The notes: generated by a model not told the origin, from the letters alone. A stretch of DNA of 64,000 nucleotides from an uncultured Saprospiraceae bacterium (GCA_937924805.1 CALDTZ010000006.1:81635-145634), one strand, 5' to 3'. Positions 10,478-20,372 are shown, numbered from the stretch's first letter. Numbers and translations: made by a program.

Positions 10478-10606
10478 ATGAGTGACGGTTCAAATCAAAA
10501 TTGGGGAAGAAAAGGTTCATGTATTGGGCAATTCTTTATATTCTTAGTCCTTTTTATTTCCTTATTAATTTGGGTTTATACAAAAAACAGAATTGGTCTT
10601 AACTAA
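10478..10606 (+). CDS. possible 42-aa single-pass membrane peptide (below the ORF-track cutoff)
   Basis: ATG-to-TAA ORF that I read by hand: MSDGSNQNWGRKGSCIGQFFIFLVLFISLLIWVYTKNRIGLN. It has one clear hydrophobic helix with flanking basic residues and fills an otherwise empty 239-bp gap. No other support. Confidence 0.3.
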   Translation: MSDGSNQNWGRKGSCIGQFFIFLVLFISLLIWVYTKNRIGLN

Positions 10607-11517
10607 AGACTAATTGCCGAAATTTCTATAAACTTTTGTAATCTTTCATCAATCTGTGATTGATCCAATGTTTTCAGTTTTGCTATACTGAACTCTTCTA
10701 CACAAAAGGAAGCCATTGCTGAACCATAAATAACTGCGCGTTTCATATTCTCAAAATTAACGTCATCTTGTTGCGCTAAGTAACCAATAAATCCTCCTGC
10801 AAATGTATCTCCTGCACCTGTTGGGTCAAAAACCTCTGCAAGTGGCAATGCCGGAGCAGAAAATATTTTGCCCTCGCCAAAAAGCAAAGCACCATGTTCT
10901 CCCTTTTTAATAACAATATACTTAGGTCCTAATTCATGAATTTTGGCTGCAGCCTTAACTAATGAATGTTCACCCGATAATTGTCTTGCTTCTTCATCGT
11001 TAATCGTAAGAACATCAACAAGCTTGATTGTTTCCAATAAACTATCCCAAGCAACATCCATCCAGAAATTCATCGTATCCATAACGACTAATTTCGGTTT
11101 ACCATTCAATTGTGAAATGACTTTCTTTTGAATCTCAGGTGTAAGGTTACCTAACATGATATATTGACTATCCTTAAATGATTCTGGTAATACTGGGTCA
11201 AAATCAGCTAGAACATTTAACTCAGTAGCGATTGTATCTCTTGTATTCATATCATCATGGTACTTTCCTTCCCAAAAGAAAGATTTACCACCTTTAACAA
11301 CCTCAAGACCATCCAATTTAACACCTCTTTCTTTTAATAAGTCCAATTCTGATGTTGGAAAATCTTCACCAACAATTGAAACCAAATTGATATCATTTGT
11401 AAAATAAGATGCTGACCAACTAATATAGGTGCATGCACCTCCTACTACCATTTCTGCTCTTCCTCTCGATGTTTCAATCGTATCAAATGCTACTGTACCT
11501 ACTGTAAGTAAACTCAT
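10603..11517 (-). CDS. PfkB-family carbohydrate/nucleoside kinase
   Basis: 304-aa ORF. The C-terminal DPTGAGDTFAGGF motif is the PfkB signature 2. Confidence 0.85.
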   Translation of the reverse strand: MSLLTVGTVAFDTIETSRGRAEMVVGGACTYISWSASYFTNDINLVSIVGEDFPTSELDLLKERGVKLDGLEVVKGGKSFFWEGKYHDDMNTRDTIATELNVLADFDPVLPESFKDSQYIMLGNLTPEIQKKVISQLNGKPKLVVMDTMNFWMDVAWDSLLETIKLVDVLTINDEEARQLSGEHSLVKAAAKIHELGPKYIVIKKGEHGALLFGEGKIFSAPALPLAEVFDPTGAGDTFAGGFIGYLAQQDDVNFENMKRAVIYGSAMASFCVEEFSIAKLKTLDQSQIDERLQKFIEISAISL

Positions 11518-11574
11518 ATTTCCAGCCTTTTAATTATTAAAGTTAAATGTGATGCAAATGTATAAAAAGAAGGG

Positions 11575-14500
11575 TTAATGTAGGATTTGAATTCGCTTTA
11601 TTATTTGAATATCATCGATTTCTACCTTAACGAAATAGAGTCCACTAACCATAAAACTGCAATCGAATGAAGAAGAATCATCATCTATAGCTTTGCTCAA
11701 CACAGCTTTCCCTTGACAATCAAAAACAGTAATACCTTTTATATTACCTTTTATTGATTCAACTTTAAATTGGTTGGAAGCGGGATTTGGGTAAATCTTC
11801 ACCCTTCTATCATTTAAAATGGTATGAGTCGAAGAAATTTGACTTACTTCAAATTTTCTCACCTCAGAATATGCAGTGCATTGATTTTCATTTGTTGATA
11901 AAATCCTATAAAAATAACTACCAGGCAATATTACATCCTCTAATAAGATATAATCTAAGGTTGTAAATTCAATATAATCAATATCGCTAAAGGTAGAATC
12001 AGCACTGATTTGCACTTCATACTGTTCATTCATGGCCATCGTTTGCCATTCAAATACGATCAACTCATTTTTGCTGAAAACAACGTTTGGTGATGGCTCA
12101 TCAAGAATAACTTCTTGGGCTTCTTCGATCGATTCTATCTTAATCTCACGTACCAAGCTTGTAGCATTGTTTGATGCAATGATTTTATAATCCAATACAT
12201 CACCAACATTACCATTAATATTATTTAATGTAATTCCTATCGTTTGGTCAGCCAAAAGGTTTGAGTGATCAATATCTGCATTTACTAATTGACCATTTTC
12301 ATCTAAGACACTAATATTTACATTTTGCAGATCAGGTAAAGACAAAAAACACGACATATACAATGCATTTCCCTTACATATTTTATAAAAATCTTGATTG
12401 GGAATAAAACTATTGCTGTTAACGGAAACAAAACAAAACTCTAATTCATAGCTATCTAACCATCCACCATCTTGGTTATAAAAATCTTCAATAGCAAGTG
12501 ACCAAATTCCTTTTGCTTGCATTGATTGAAAAGCGAAAAGTGATTCTTCGGGTTTATAGGTAATCCCGTCATCGGGTGGACAAGAAACAAGGTTTGCTAC
12601 ATTTTCATTAAATCCAAAATTAAAATCATCATCTGAACCACAATTTGTACTCCATAAGGTACTTTCTATATTATTATGTGATAATCGAAATTCCAAATCC
12701 CCAATATAACTATGCGTACCTTTTATACTTGGAATTTTTATGCTTTCTATTACTGCATCATGGGGATTATTTATTTCTGCAATCACGACACCACTCGTTT
12801 CAGGAATCAATAAAGGTCCTTCATTCCAAAAAAGGGTAGCACAAAATTGAGTTTTAGTCTTGAACATAGATACCGCAGACCAATCACTTTCACCACAATT
12901 ATTTAGTGCTTTTGTTCTCCAGAAATAGAATTGGCTACCTTGTAATTCAAACGGTTGCTGAACTCCATTTTTCTCTATTTCGAAATCGAAAGCGACTTGA
13001 TTGAAAAGTGAATCATTTGCGATTTGAACTCGAAAGACTTTATCATCTTCATTCGAAGCAAATTCAAACAATGGAGTTAATGGAATATCAAATTGCTGAT
13101 TCGAAGGATAAATTAATATTGGGACAGTAGGCGTATTATTTGAAATACTAAAATAGATGTTTCTCCGAGCTATTTCAGTTCCATTTTTCGCTTTAAACCG
13201 CAATAAATATTCTCCTGGATTTAAATCTTGTACATTGTTTAATTGTAGATCTATTGTTTCTCCTGGGTCTGCTTTTGTTTTAGATAATACAAAATCGAGG
13301 TTATCAATATTTTCTACAGTAATATCAACTTGACCACTAAAAAAAGGAGAAATATTGAGATCAAAGTTCCTAGTATTGTTCTCATCACTACAGATTAATA
13401 ATTGATTATCATCCATCTCAATAGCATAACCACATGCCATACCTAACCAATCGTTATTTGATTTATTATTTGGATCTAACCAATAGTGCAATGAAGAGTT
13501 TATGGAATTATTACCATTCCATGATTTTTTAATCCAACCAAAATCATCATAACTATTATTAGAACATGTAGCTTTCCCTCCAAATAATTGACCAATAATT
13601 TGTTGATTTGTATTAAATAGAGCTCCACCTGATGATCCATCTTCAGACGATCCCGCTTCCCAGTTTTCTACTCTAACAAAAGATCCTTCTAATCCATCTC
13701 GATGGATAGCAGCGTCATAATCTAAGGTTATTCTTTTTTCTTTAACACCAGGATGGTGAATCATTGCAGATTCTTTAGGTAAGTTTAAATCCAAATCCCA
13801 CCCAGCAAGATATAATTTATGTGCTGGATTCAATGGATCATCTAATTCCATCAGTGCGAAATCACTCGTCTCACTAGCTGCTCTAAATATAGCACCTGTA
13901 TTATATTCATTGAGTGAACCATCGCCAGGTTCCCCACTTTCTACACTGTTAGGTAATCGGCAATACGTATTTTGATAATTCCAATAAACCACTACCGTCG
14001 GTGCAGTTGCAGGATTTACTTCACAATGTTCCGCTGTCAGAAAAAAGGGTGTACAATCATTTTCTGTATTATTAATTAATGTACCTGAACATGCTAATAT
14101 TCCATTGAAATGATACGCTCCAACACTCTGAATTACATCCCGATATTTTTCGATGGCTTTGTACCCTTGATTTTCTCCACATCGTGTATCAACATGACAA
14201 GATCCCACAGGTGCTCTTTGACCAAACCCAACAAAATCGTGGTTTATTGAATGTAGAATTAAATTCATTTTATCAAACGCCTCTTCTGGCACCTTGACTT
14301 CGATAATAACCGTTTCTCCTTTTATAATGGGCGTCCACAATTGGCCATGTGCATCCATATCTTCTTTCGTAAAAGGGCCTTTAATATCTGATTTGTCTGG
14401 GTTGTAAAATAAAACACTTCCATTTTCAGGCATTGTAAATGTTGTGAATCCAAAATTGATCGAAAAAGCATCTTTTGAAGTAAATGATTTTGTCCATTCA

Positions 14501-14712
14501 AGTTTTCCATCTTTAGTACTACTCCAGTTAGCATCATTTTTTATATCCAAATCTAAAATGTGCGCTTGTGCAAATTGATATACATCGACAACAGCTGTAC
14601 TGTGTTTATCTTGAAGTTTTTGGTTATCTAATCGTGGTAATTGGTGGGAAAAGACACGGTCTTGACTAAATAATGTAGTCACGCATAAATTACATAAAAT
14701 GACCGAGGCCAT
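11575..14712 (-). CDS. secreted trypsin-fold (S1) serine endopeptidase with proprotein-convertase P-domain, FN3-like modules and T9SS type A C-terminal sorting domain
   Basis: 1045-aa ORF. Triad-like motifs LTAEHC, DFALMELD and GSSGGALF. P-domain-like HSYIGDLEFRL...KGIWSLAIEDFYNQDGGWL. Two similar modules (..QIANDSLF.., ..QISADSTF..). The C-terminus, KIYPNPASNQF...GLYFVKV, is typical of a T9SS CTD. Confidence 0.75.
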   Translation of the reverse strand: MASVILCNLCVTTLFSQDRVFSHQLPRLDNQKLQDKHSTAVVDVYQFAQAHILDLDIKNDANWSSTKDGKLEWTKSFTSKDAFSINFGFTTFTMPENGSVLFYNPDKSDIKGPFTKEDMDAHGQLWTPIIKGETVIIEVKVPEEAFDKMNLILHSINHDFVGFGQRAPVGSCHVDTRCGENQGYKAIEKYRDVIQSVGAYHFNGILACSGTLINNTENDCTPFFLTAEHCEVNPATAPTVVVYWNYQNTYCRLPNSVESGEPGDGSLNEYNTGAIFRAASETSDFALMELDDPLNPAHKLYLAGWDLDLNLPKESAMIHHPGVKEKRITLDYDAAIHRDGLEGSFVRVENWEAGSSEDGSSGGALFNTNQQIIGQLFGGKATCSNNSYDDFGWIKKSWNGNNSINSSLHYWLDPNNKSNNDWLGMACGYAIEMDDNQLLICSDENNTRNFDLNISPFFSGQVDITVENIDNLDFVLSKTKADPGETIDLQLNNVQDLNPGEYLLRFKAKNGTEIARRNIYFSISNNTPTVPILIYPSNQQFDIPLTPLFEFASNEDDKVFRVQIANDSLFNQVAFDFEIEKNGVQQPFELQGSQFYFWRTKALNNCGESDWSAVSMFKTKTQFCATLFWNEGPLLIPETSGVVIAEINNPHDAVIESIKIPSIKGTHSYIGDLEFRLSHNNIESTLWSTNCGSDDDFNFGFNENVANLVSCPPDDGITYKPEESLFAFQSMQAKGIWSLAIEDFYNQDGGWLDSYELEFCFVSVNSNSFIPNQDFYKICKGNALYMSCFLSLPDLQNVNISVLDENGQLVNADIDHSNLLADQTIGITLNNINGNVGDVLDYKIIASNNATSLVREIKIESIEEAQEVILDEPSPNVVFSKNELIVFEWQTMAMNEQYEVQISADSTFSDIDYIEFTTLDYILLEDVILPGSYFYRILSTNENQCTAYSEVRKFEVSQISSTHTILNDRRVKIYPNPASNQFKVESIKGNIKGITVFDCQGKAVLSKAIDDDSSSFDCSFMVSGLYFVKVEIDDIQIIKRIQILH

Positions 14713-15058
14713 TAATAATATGATCCGTACTTGGTTGATTGTTATTGTTTTATCTCTATAAAAATAATATCAATAGGTAAATAGCCTAGCAAAACTTACT
14801 TTGTTAAACAAACTTTAGTATTTGTGTAACATACTAAAAGAACGATTCTCAATCACTAAATGTGAATCACAATTAGAATAAATTTTAATTTCCCTATATA
14901 TTGTAACGAAAGGATCATCTTAAAAGTCACTTATATTAGTCAATTGTTGGATTCAAAAATATATTTTATCGGACAAAAGATTAGATATAATATCTTTAGA
15001 TTGTTTGCAAAATAAAATCATAGGACTTTGTACGTTTAAGTTTTATATCGTAACATTC

Positions 15059-17410
15059 ATGTTGAAGAATATCTGTATCGTCTTTTTTTTATATCCATTG
15101 CTGATCTTTGGACAAGCTCCTGAACCATGTGGACCAGAAGGAGAGATGGAGCCCTTTTGCGATATTGCTTGTATCATATGTGATATTGACGGATTTAATG
15201 GTATTAATGATGAAAATGAAGATGGAATCGCTCCTGATGATTTTTGTACTTCTATACAACATAATATACAATGGATTGCTTTTATTGCCGGTAGTGTTGA
15301 TTTAACCTTAAGGATCGATGTAGGTCAATGTGATAGTCCACTTCCATTTGAAATGGCATTAGAGGTAGCGGTATATGAAGGAATAGATTGTGATAATTTT
15401 AGATTGGTAACACCTTGTAATGGGCAAATTAATGAAAATACTTCTTGGACCTTTTCAAATACGGAACCTCTAACGATTGGTCAATATTACTTTTTTGTCA
15501 TGGACGGAAGTGGTGGCTCGATTTGTGACTATGTTATAAATGTTGTTGAAGGAAGTACAAAGGTGCCAGAGCTAGCACCAACAGCTCCTTTTGAAGTACC
15601 TGATCTCATTTGTGCAAACCAGCCTACAACTCTATATTTCGAACCTCAATTGGGTGCTACGATTTATGATTGGACCATTAATGGAGTTATCGCTAGTTTC
15701 ACAGATTCTTTAGAAATTGATCTATTTACATCTGGACTTTATGACATTTGCATAACAGAAGCCAATGCATGTGATGAAGCACCATCTTATTGCACTAAAA
15801 TTGAGGTTCTCCCTCAGATTGAAGAAACTAAAGAACTCGTTATTTGTGATGGAATTCCCGTAGAATACCAAGACGTTACTTACAGTAATCCAGGTATTTT
15901 TCCCAATTTGCAAGTTCCTGCAATGGAAGGTTGTGATTCTATAATTACCTTAATCATTGAGGAAGGTCAGAGTTACGAGACCGATAATGACTATGATATT
16001 TGTGAAGGAGATACGTTGGTCGTCAATGGAGTTGAAATGTTTAAAATTGGTGAATATGAGCAGTTTTTATTTACCGACAAAGGGTGTGATAGCACCATCT
16101 TTATTCAGCTAGGATTAATCGTTTGTAATATGCAAGGTGAGGCAAGTGCCATCGATCTATTATGCAATGGAGATGGCAATACCGGCTCTTTTACTTTTCA
16201 AATTACAGCTGGAACACCACCCTTTATCTACACTTACGAAAAAGTATTAGATCCATCTATAAATGGTAATGGAAACCTTGCTCAGGATAATATGAATGAA
16301 ACCGTGAGTGGATTACCTTCTGGCTCTTATTTGATCAGTGTCTTTGATAATTTTGGTAATACTACTATTATAATTGTTGAAATATCAGAACCTCCTGCTT
16401 TTCAACAATCTTCTTCTTTTAGCGAGATTAACGGATTTAATGTAAGTTGTTTTGAAGGCGATGATGGTAGCATTTCTGCGAATATCGAAGGAGGAACACC
16501 GCCTTACCAATACCAATGGAGTGGTAGTAATTCGACGACAAACGAAGCAAACAATTTAGCGCCTGGCGATCATTTTTTGTCGGTTACAGATGCTAACAAT
16601 TGTACATATATTGTTTCTTACGAGCTTACTCAGCCTGGAGAAATAATCCCTCAAGTACAGTTTTTTGACCCAAATTGCGATGGAATTGCTACTGGTATTT
16701 TACAAATAGGAAATACACTTGGAGGCACCCCATCATTTGACTACAGTCTAAATAACCAACCGTTTAACCAACAAACGACTTATAACAATTTAACAGAAGG
16801 TGAGTACGAACTTGTAATCCAAGATGCTAATGGATGTACAGATACTATTTCTCAAACGCTTTATAATGCTGAAATACCGGAAATAACGTTTGTTGAAGAT
16901 ATAACGATAAACCTTGGTGAAAGCATCGTTTTAGACCCCGAAATCAATGCCATTGAGATAGGTACTATTTTATGGATTCCCGCAGATGGGTTGAGTTGTT
17001 CGGATTGTCTAAACCCTACCGCTTCACCGATAAACACCACAGTTTACACCTTAATCATTACATCTACCGATGGTTGTTCCAGAGAAAAATCGATCACCAT
17101 TTTTGTAGAAAAAGATCGAGGCATATTCGCTCCAAATGTGTTTAGTCCTAATGCGGATGGTTTAAACCAATATTTTTTTATTTCAGGAGGATCGCAAATA
17201 ATGCATATTAAATCCCTTTATATCTATGATCGATGGGGCAGTCTTGTTTTTGAAGGATCATTACTAAATCATAAAATCTCTACTGACGGTTGGGATGGAA
17301 CTATTGCAGGAAATCCAGCCAATATAGGCGTCTACACGTGGATTGCTGATGTAGCATTTCTAGATGGTGAAACCTTGTTTTTCACTGGGGATGTAACCTT
17401 ATTGCGATAG
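15059..17410 (+). CDS. Cys-rich cell-surface protein with SprB-type repeats and T9SS type B (gliding-motility-associated, CHU_C) C-terminal domain
   Basis: The ORF opens at TTG 15005, and ATG 15059 gives a proper signal peptide (MLKNICIVFFLYPLLIFGQ). SprB-like repeats (FNVSCFEGDDGSISANIEGGTPPYQYQWS). C-terminal FAPNVFSPNADGLNQYFFI...IYDRWGSLVFE. Confidence 0.75.
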   Translation: MLKNICIVFFLYPLLIFGQAPEPCGPEGEMEPFCDIACIICDIDGFNGINDENEDGIAPDDFCTSIQHNIQWIAFIAGSVDLTLRIDVGQCDSPLPFEMALEVAVYEGIDCDNFRLVTPCNGQINENTSWTFSNTEPLTIGQYYFFVMDGSGGSICDYVINVVEGSTKVPELAPTAPFEVPDLICANQPTTLYFEPQLGATIYDWTINGVIASFTDSLEIDLFTSGLYDICITEANACDEAPSYCTKIEVLPQIEETKELVICDGIPVEYQDVTYSNPGIFPNLQVPAMEGCDSIITLIIEEGQSYETDNDYDICEGDTLVVNGVEMFKIGEYEQFLFTDKGCDSTIFIQLGLIVCNMQGEASAIDLLCNGDGNTGSFTFQITAGTPPFIYTYEKVLDPSINGNGNLAQDNMNETVSGLPSGSYLISVFDNFGNTTIIIVEISEPPAFQQSSSFSEINGFNVSCFEGDDGSISANIEGGTPPYQYQWSGSNSTTNEANNLAPGDHFLSVTDANNCTYIVSYELTQPGEIIPQVQFFDPNCDGIATGILQIGNTLGGTPSFDYSLNNQPFNQQTTYNNLTEGEYELVIQDANGCTDTISQTLYNAEIPEITFVEDITINLGESIVLDPEINAIEIGTILWIPADGLSCSDCLNPTASPINTTVYTLIITSTDGCSREKSITIFVEKDRGIFAPNVFSPNADGLNQYFFISGGSQIMHIKSLYIYDRWGSLVFEGSLLNHKISTDGWDGTIAGNPANIGVYTWIADVAFLDGETLFFTGDVTLLR

Positions 17411-17411
17411 G

Positions 17412-18050
17412 TTATTTCAAGCCTTCAATAATGTCTTTGACCGATGCTCTTTCTGAATAGTCAAGATCAAAATGAACATAGGTGACTTTCATGTTTTCAT
17501 CAACTACATAGGTCGCGGGTACAGGAAGGTAAGCTTCTTCTTCACCATTTGAATCAGCAATGTCACTAAATAAAAAGGTGCTAATTTTACGTTCATAACG
17601 GTCTCTAACTTCAAAAGCTACGTTATAATCATGCATTATTTTACCTCCTACATCTGAAACTACTGGGATCTCCAATCCTGTTTTTTCTATCGTTTTATTA
17701 ATATACTCTTCCGTCTGAGGAGCTATCGCGATAGCCGACAATCCCTTTTCTTTGAGCATATACAAATCTTCCTGGAAAGCCGCTAAGTGTCTATTACAGA
17801 TTGGACACCAATGTCCTCGATAAAACACAAGCACTACAGGTTGGACTTTTACGTATTCGGATAATAAAATCTTTTCTTGATTGATGGTCAATTCGAAATC
17901 TGGTGCTGTATCATTGATTGCAAGAGGGTATATATTTTCTAGGGATTTCTTTTCGATACCCAACTTTTTATATTTCACTTTTTGAGCTTTCAGATGAGTT
18001 ATGCATAAAAGAAAAGTGATAAAAAACAGTACTATTGGTTTCATAGACAT
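17412..18050 (-). CDS. secreted AhpC/TSA-family peroxiredoxin / thiol-disulfide oxidoreductase
   Basis: 212-aa ORF. Signal peptide, then FYRGHWCPICNRHL, typical of the redoxin/AhpC-TSA fold. Confidence 0.8.
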   Translation of the reverse strand: MSMKPIVLFFITFLLCITHLKAQKVKYKKLGIEKKSLENIYPLAINDTAPDFELTINQEKILLSEYVKVQPVVLVFYRGHWCPICNRHLAAFQEDLYMLKEKGLSAIAIAPQTEEYINKTIEKTGLEIPVVSDVGGKIMHDYNVAFEVRDRYERKISTFLFSDIADSNGEEEAYLPVPATYVVDENMKVTYVHFDLDYSERASVKDIIEGLK

Positions 18051-18164
18051 TCAATTTAAAGGGTTAGTAAGTTAACTCATAGAAAAACAAATTGTTTTAT
18101 CCCCGGTATAACTCCCAAGATAAGTTGTATTTTTAGTCGTACTACAGACCAAAATCAACCTACG

Positions 18165-19181
18165 ATGAAATCAATATTCCTAGTATTTATTTGTTTACTA
18201 TATTGTCATTTTAACATTGCTCAACATACGTTTTCGATTGTCGCGGTCGATGCCGAAACAGGAGAAATCGGTAGTGCTGGAGCAACTTGTGGAGACAGCA
18301 TCATTTGGCCTGGAACTCCAGGTGCATATTTGATTAGTGATATTATACCTGGCGTCGGAGCCATCCATACACAGTCTTATTATCATGTAAATAACCAAAA
18401 CAATGCGCATGAAAGAATGGAAGCTGGTGATACTCCAAGTGAAATCATTTCTTGGTTGATTCAAAATGATTTTCAAAACAATTCAACTCAACGTCAGTAT
18501 GGCGTTGTTGATTATAATAATGGAACCCCTAGATCATCTGCGTTTACAGGTGCAAATTGCCTAGATTATAAAAACCACCTATTGGGTTCAAATTATGCTA
18601 TTCAAGGCAATATTTTACTAGGTGAACAAATCTTAGATTCTATGGAAGTTCGTTTCAATGGTACGAATGGATGCCTCGCCGATAAGTTAATGGCTGCTAT
18701 GCAAGGTGCCAATGTAATCGGTGCTGATTCTCGGTGTCTAGTCGAAGGGACAAGCTCATTATCTGCCTTTATTCGTGTTGCTAAACCGACAGATGATGAA
18801 GATCAATTGTTTCTAGATATAAATGTAGCTGGAACAGATGCGAATGTGGAACCGATCGATGTATTGCAATCCAAATTTGATGTGTGGAAAACGAATATCG
18901 ATGAATGTATTCCAAGTGCGACTCTAGAAATCAATAAAAAAGTAGACTATGTTATTTACCCCAATCCTATTGATAACGTACTCTTTATTGAATCCACCAA
19001 TATTCCATTAAAATCTTATATTCTCTATAATTCGGTAGGCCAAATTGTGAAGTCCGAAGTAGTCAATAACAGTTTACTTATTCATGAAGTAACACTAGAA
19101 AATCAAGGATCAGGAATCCACTATTTAGTATTACAGTCAACAAATGATACGCTAACCTATAAGAAGGTGGTGGTTAATTAA
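18165..19181 (+). CDS. DUF1028-family protein with signal peptide and T9SS type A C-terminal sorting domain
   Basis: 338-aa ORF. TFSIVAVDAETGEIGSAGATC follows the signal peptide directly, which is the DUF1028 N-terminal signature as I recall it. C-terminal YVIYPNPIDNVLFIES...GIHYLVLQ CTD. Confidence 0.7.
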   Translation: MKSIFLVFICLLYCHFNIAQHTFSIVAVDAETGEIGSAGATCGDSIIWPGTPGAYLISDIIPGVGAIHTQSYYHVNNQNNAHERMEAGDTPSEIISWLIQNDFQNNSTQRQYGVVDYNNGTPRSSAFTGANCLDYKNHLLGSNYAIQGNILLGEQILDSMEVRFNGTNGCLADKLMAAMQGANVIGADSRCLVEGTSSLSAFIRVAKPTDDEDQLFLDINVAGTDANVEPIDVLQSKFDVWKTNIDECIPSATLEINKKVDYVIYPNPIDNVLFIESTNIPLKSYILYNSVGQIVKSEVVNNSLLIHEVTLENQGSGIHYLVLQSTNDTLTYKKVVVN

Positions 19182-19465
19182 GAAAAAATAGACCATTACA
19201 AAATAGAAATGTAGTCTCTCATTTTTCGTTTGAATATTACAACAAATAACCGTCCGATTCTAAATAAATTCGATTTCAAATGACAAAATTCAGGATAATA
19301 CTTTTTTGATTTATACAAGATTATTAATCATAGCTCAACCGTTTTCATACTATTTTATGTCTCGGTTTTTTTACTGGCATAGAAAAAAATTATTCGAGAC
19401 GCAACGAAAAAGGGTTTTGTACCTCTATCTAATATAATAACCATTCACCCATTTAAAATTGAAAC

Positions 19466-19831
19466 ATGAAAAAAGGAATTTTGAGATTATCGATAATGAT
19501 GGTTTTAGCAATTATGTTAGTTGGTTGTGATAAAGAAGATAACGATCCAAATATTGATGATTGTCTTATTACTGATACAATGTTGGTGCTTGAACCAGTA
19601 TGTTCATTTGATCCTAGGCAGGCGACTACTGTTCAATTTCCTGTAATAGCAAAGTTAGATGGTTTAGTACCAGGTCACGATGAATTTACATTTAGTTGGA
19701 GTAAAGATCCCGATTTTAATGGAAGTGCGATTTCTATTAGCTATGAGCAATTGCCATTGGTCTTGATACTTACTGAGATTTCTACAGGATGCGAGGCAGA
19801 AGCAACCTTGGGAAGTGATTATTGGGAGTAA
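19466..19831 (+). CDS. hypothetical small lipoprotein
   Basis: 121-aa ORF. Lipobox MLVGC followed by D/E-rich mature sequence. I recognise no family. Confidence 0.45.
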   Translation: MKKGILRLSIMMVLAIMLVGCDKEDNDPNIDDCLITDTMLVLEPVCSFDPRQATTVQFPVIAKLDGLVPGHDEFTFSWSKDPDFNGSAISISYEQLPLVLILTEISTGCEAEATLGSDYWE

Positions 19832-20130
19832 TCCATTCATACATAAGTGAAGGGTTAATATTTTGAACATGAAAGATCTAACTCCTTAAAAGGTCCTAAT
19901 AAGAGTACTTTACTAGCAATCGATTTTTTTTGTAAAAATCTTGCATTTCTCCGATTACAAAATCTTGATTCATAGCTTAACATCCCAGCCCAAATCAAGA
20001 CCGTTTCTCTTTATCATTAAATTTTTAACTGAAGTTATATGCTCCTTCTTGTCTGCATGTTTCATTCTTATCCATAATAATGGATTTGTTGAAGTTTGGA
20101 AAGTCTAATAATTAATAACGTATTTCAATC

Positions 20131-20165
20131 CCAGAAACAACAAAGCCCCAGCTTTCGCTGAGGCT
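20131..20165 (-). terminator. intrinsic terminator downstream of tRNA-Asn
   Basis: On the minus strand: AGCCUCAGC-GAAA-GCUGGGGCU, a 9-bp stem with one G-U pair and a GNRA tetraloop (20144-20165), followed by the U-rich UUGUUGUUUCU. Confidence 0.6.
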
Positions 20166-20170
20166 TTTTG

Positions 20171-20244
20171 CGCCCCCTCAAGGACTCGAACCTTGGACCT
20201 ACGGATTAACAGTCCGGCGCTCTAACCAGCTGAGCTAAGGGGGC
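20171..20244 (-). tRNA. tRNA-Asn (anticodon GUU)
   Basis: The reverse complement reads GCCCCCTTAGCTCAGCTGGTTAGAGCGCCGGACTGTTAATCCGTAGGTCCAAGGTTCGAGTCCTTGAGGGGGCG. It has a 7-bp acceptor stem, a D-arm GCTC/GAGC, anticodon loop CTGTTAA and a T-arm with GGTTCGAGTCC. CCA is not encoded. Confidence 0.93.
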
Positions 20245-20372
20245 AAATTTATCTTTTTGGCTTTCAAAAGAAATAAACTTTACATCTCCGATATTGAAAG
20301 CGAGTGCAAATTTATAATAAGAATCGAAAAGCCCAAAGTTTTTTTTAATTTATATCAGATAAACTTTACATT

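Noticed and set aside
20171-20244. tRNA-Asn as the attachment site of a genomic island.
   Set aside because: No integrase, excisionase or mobile gene lies on either side. I find no repeat of the tRNA 3' half in the flanking 1 kb. The neighbouring genes are housekeeping (rnc, fabF, acpP).
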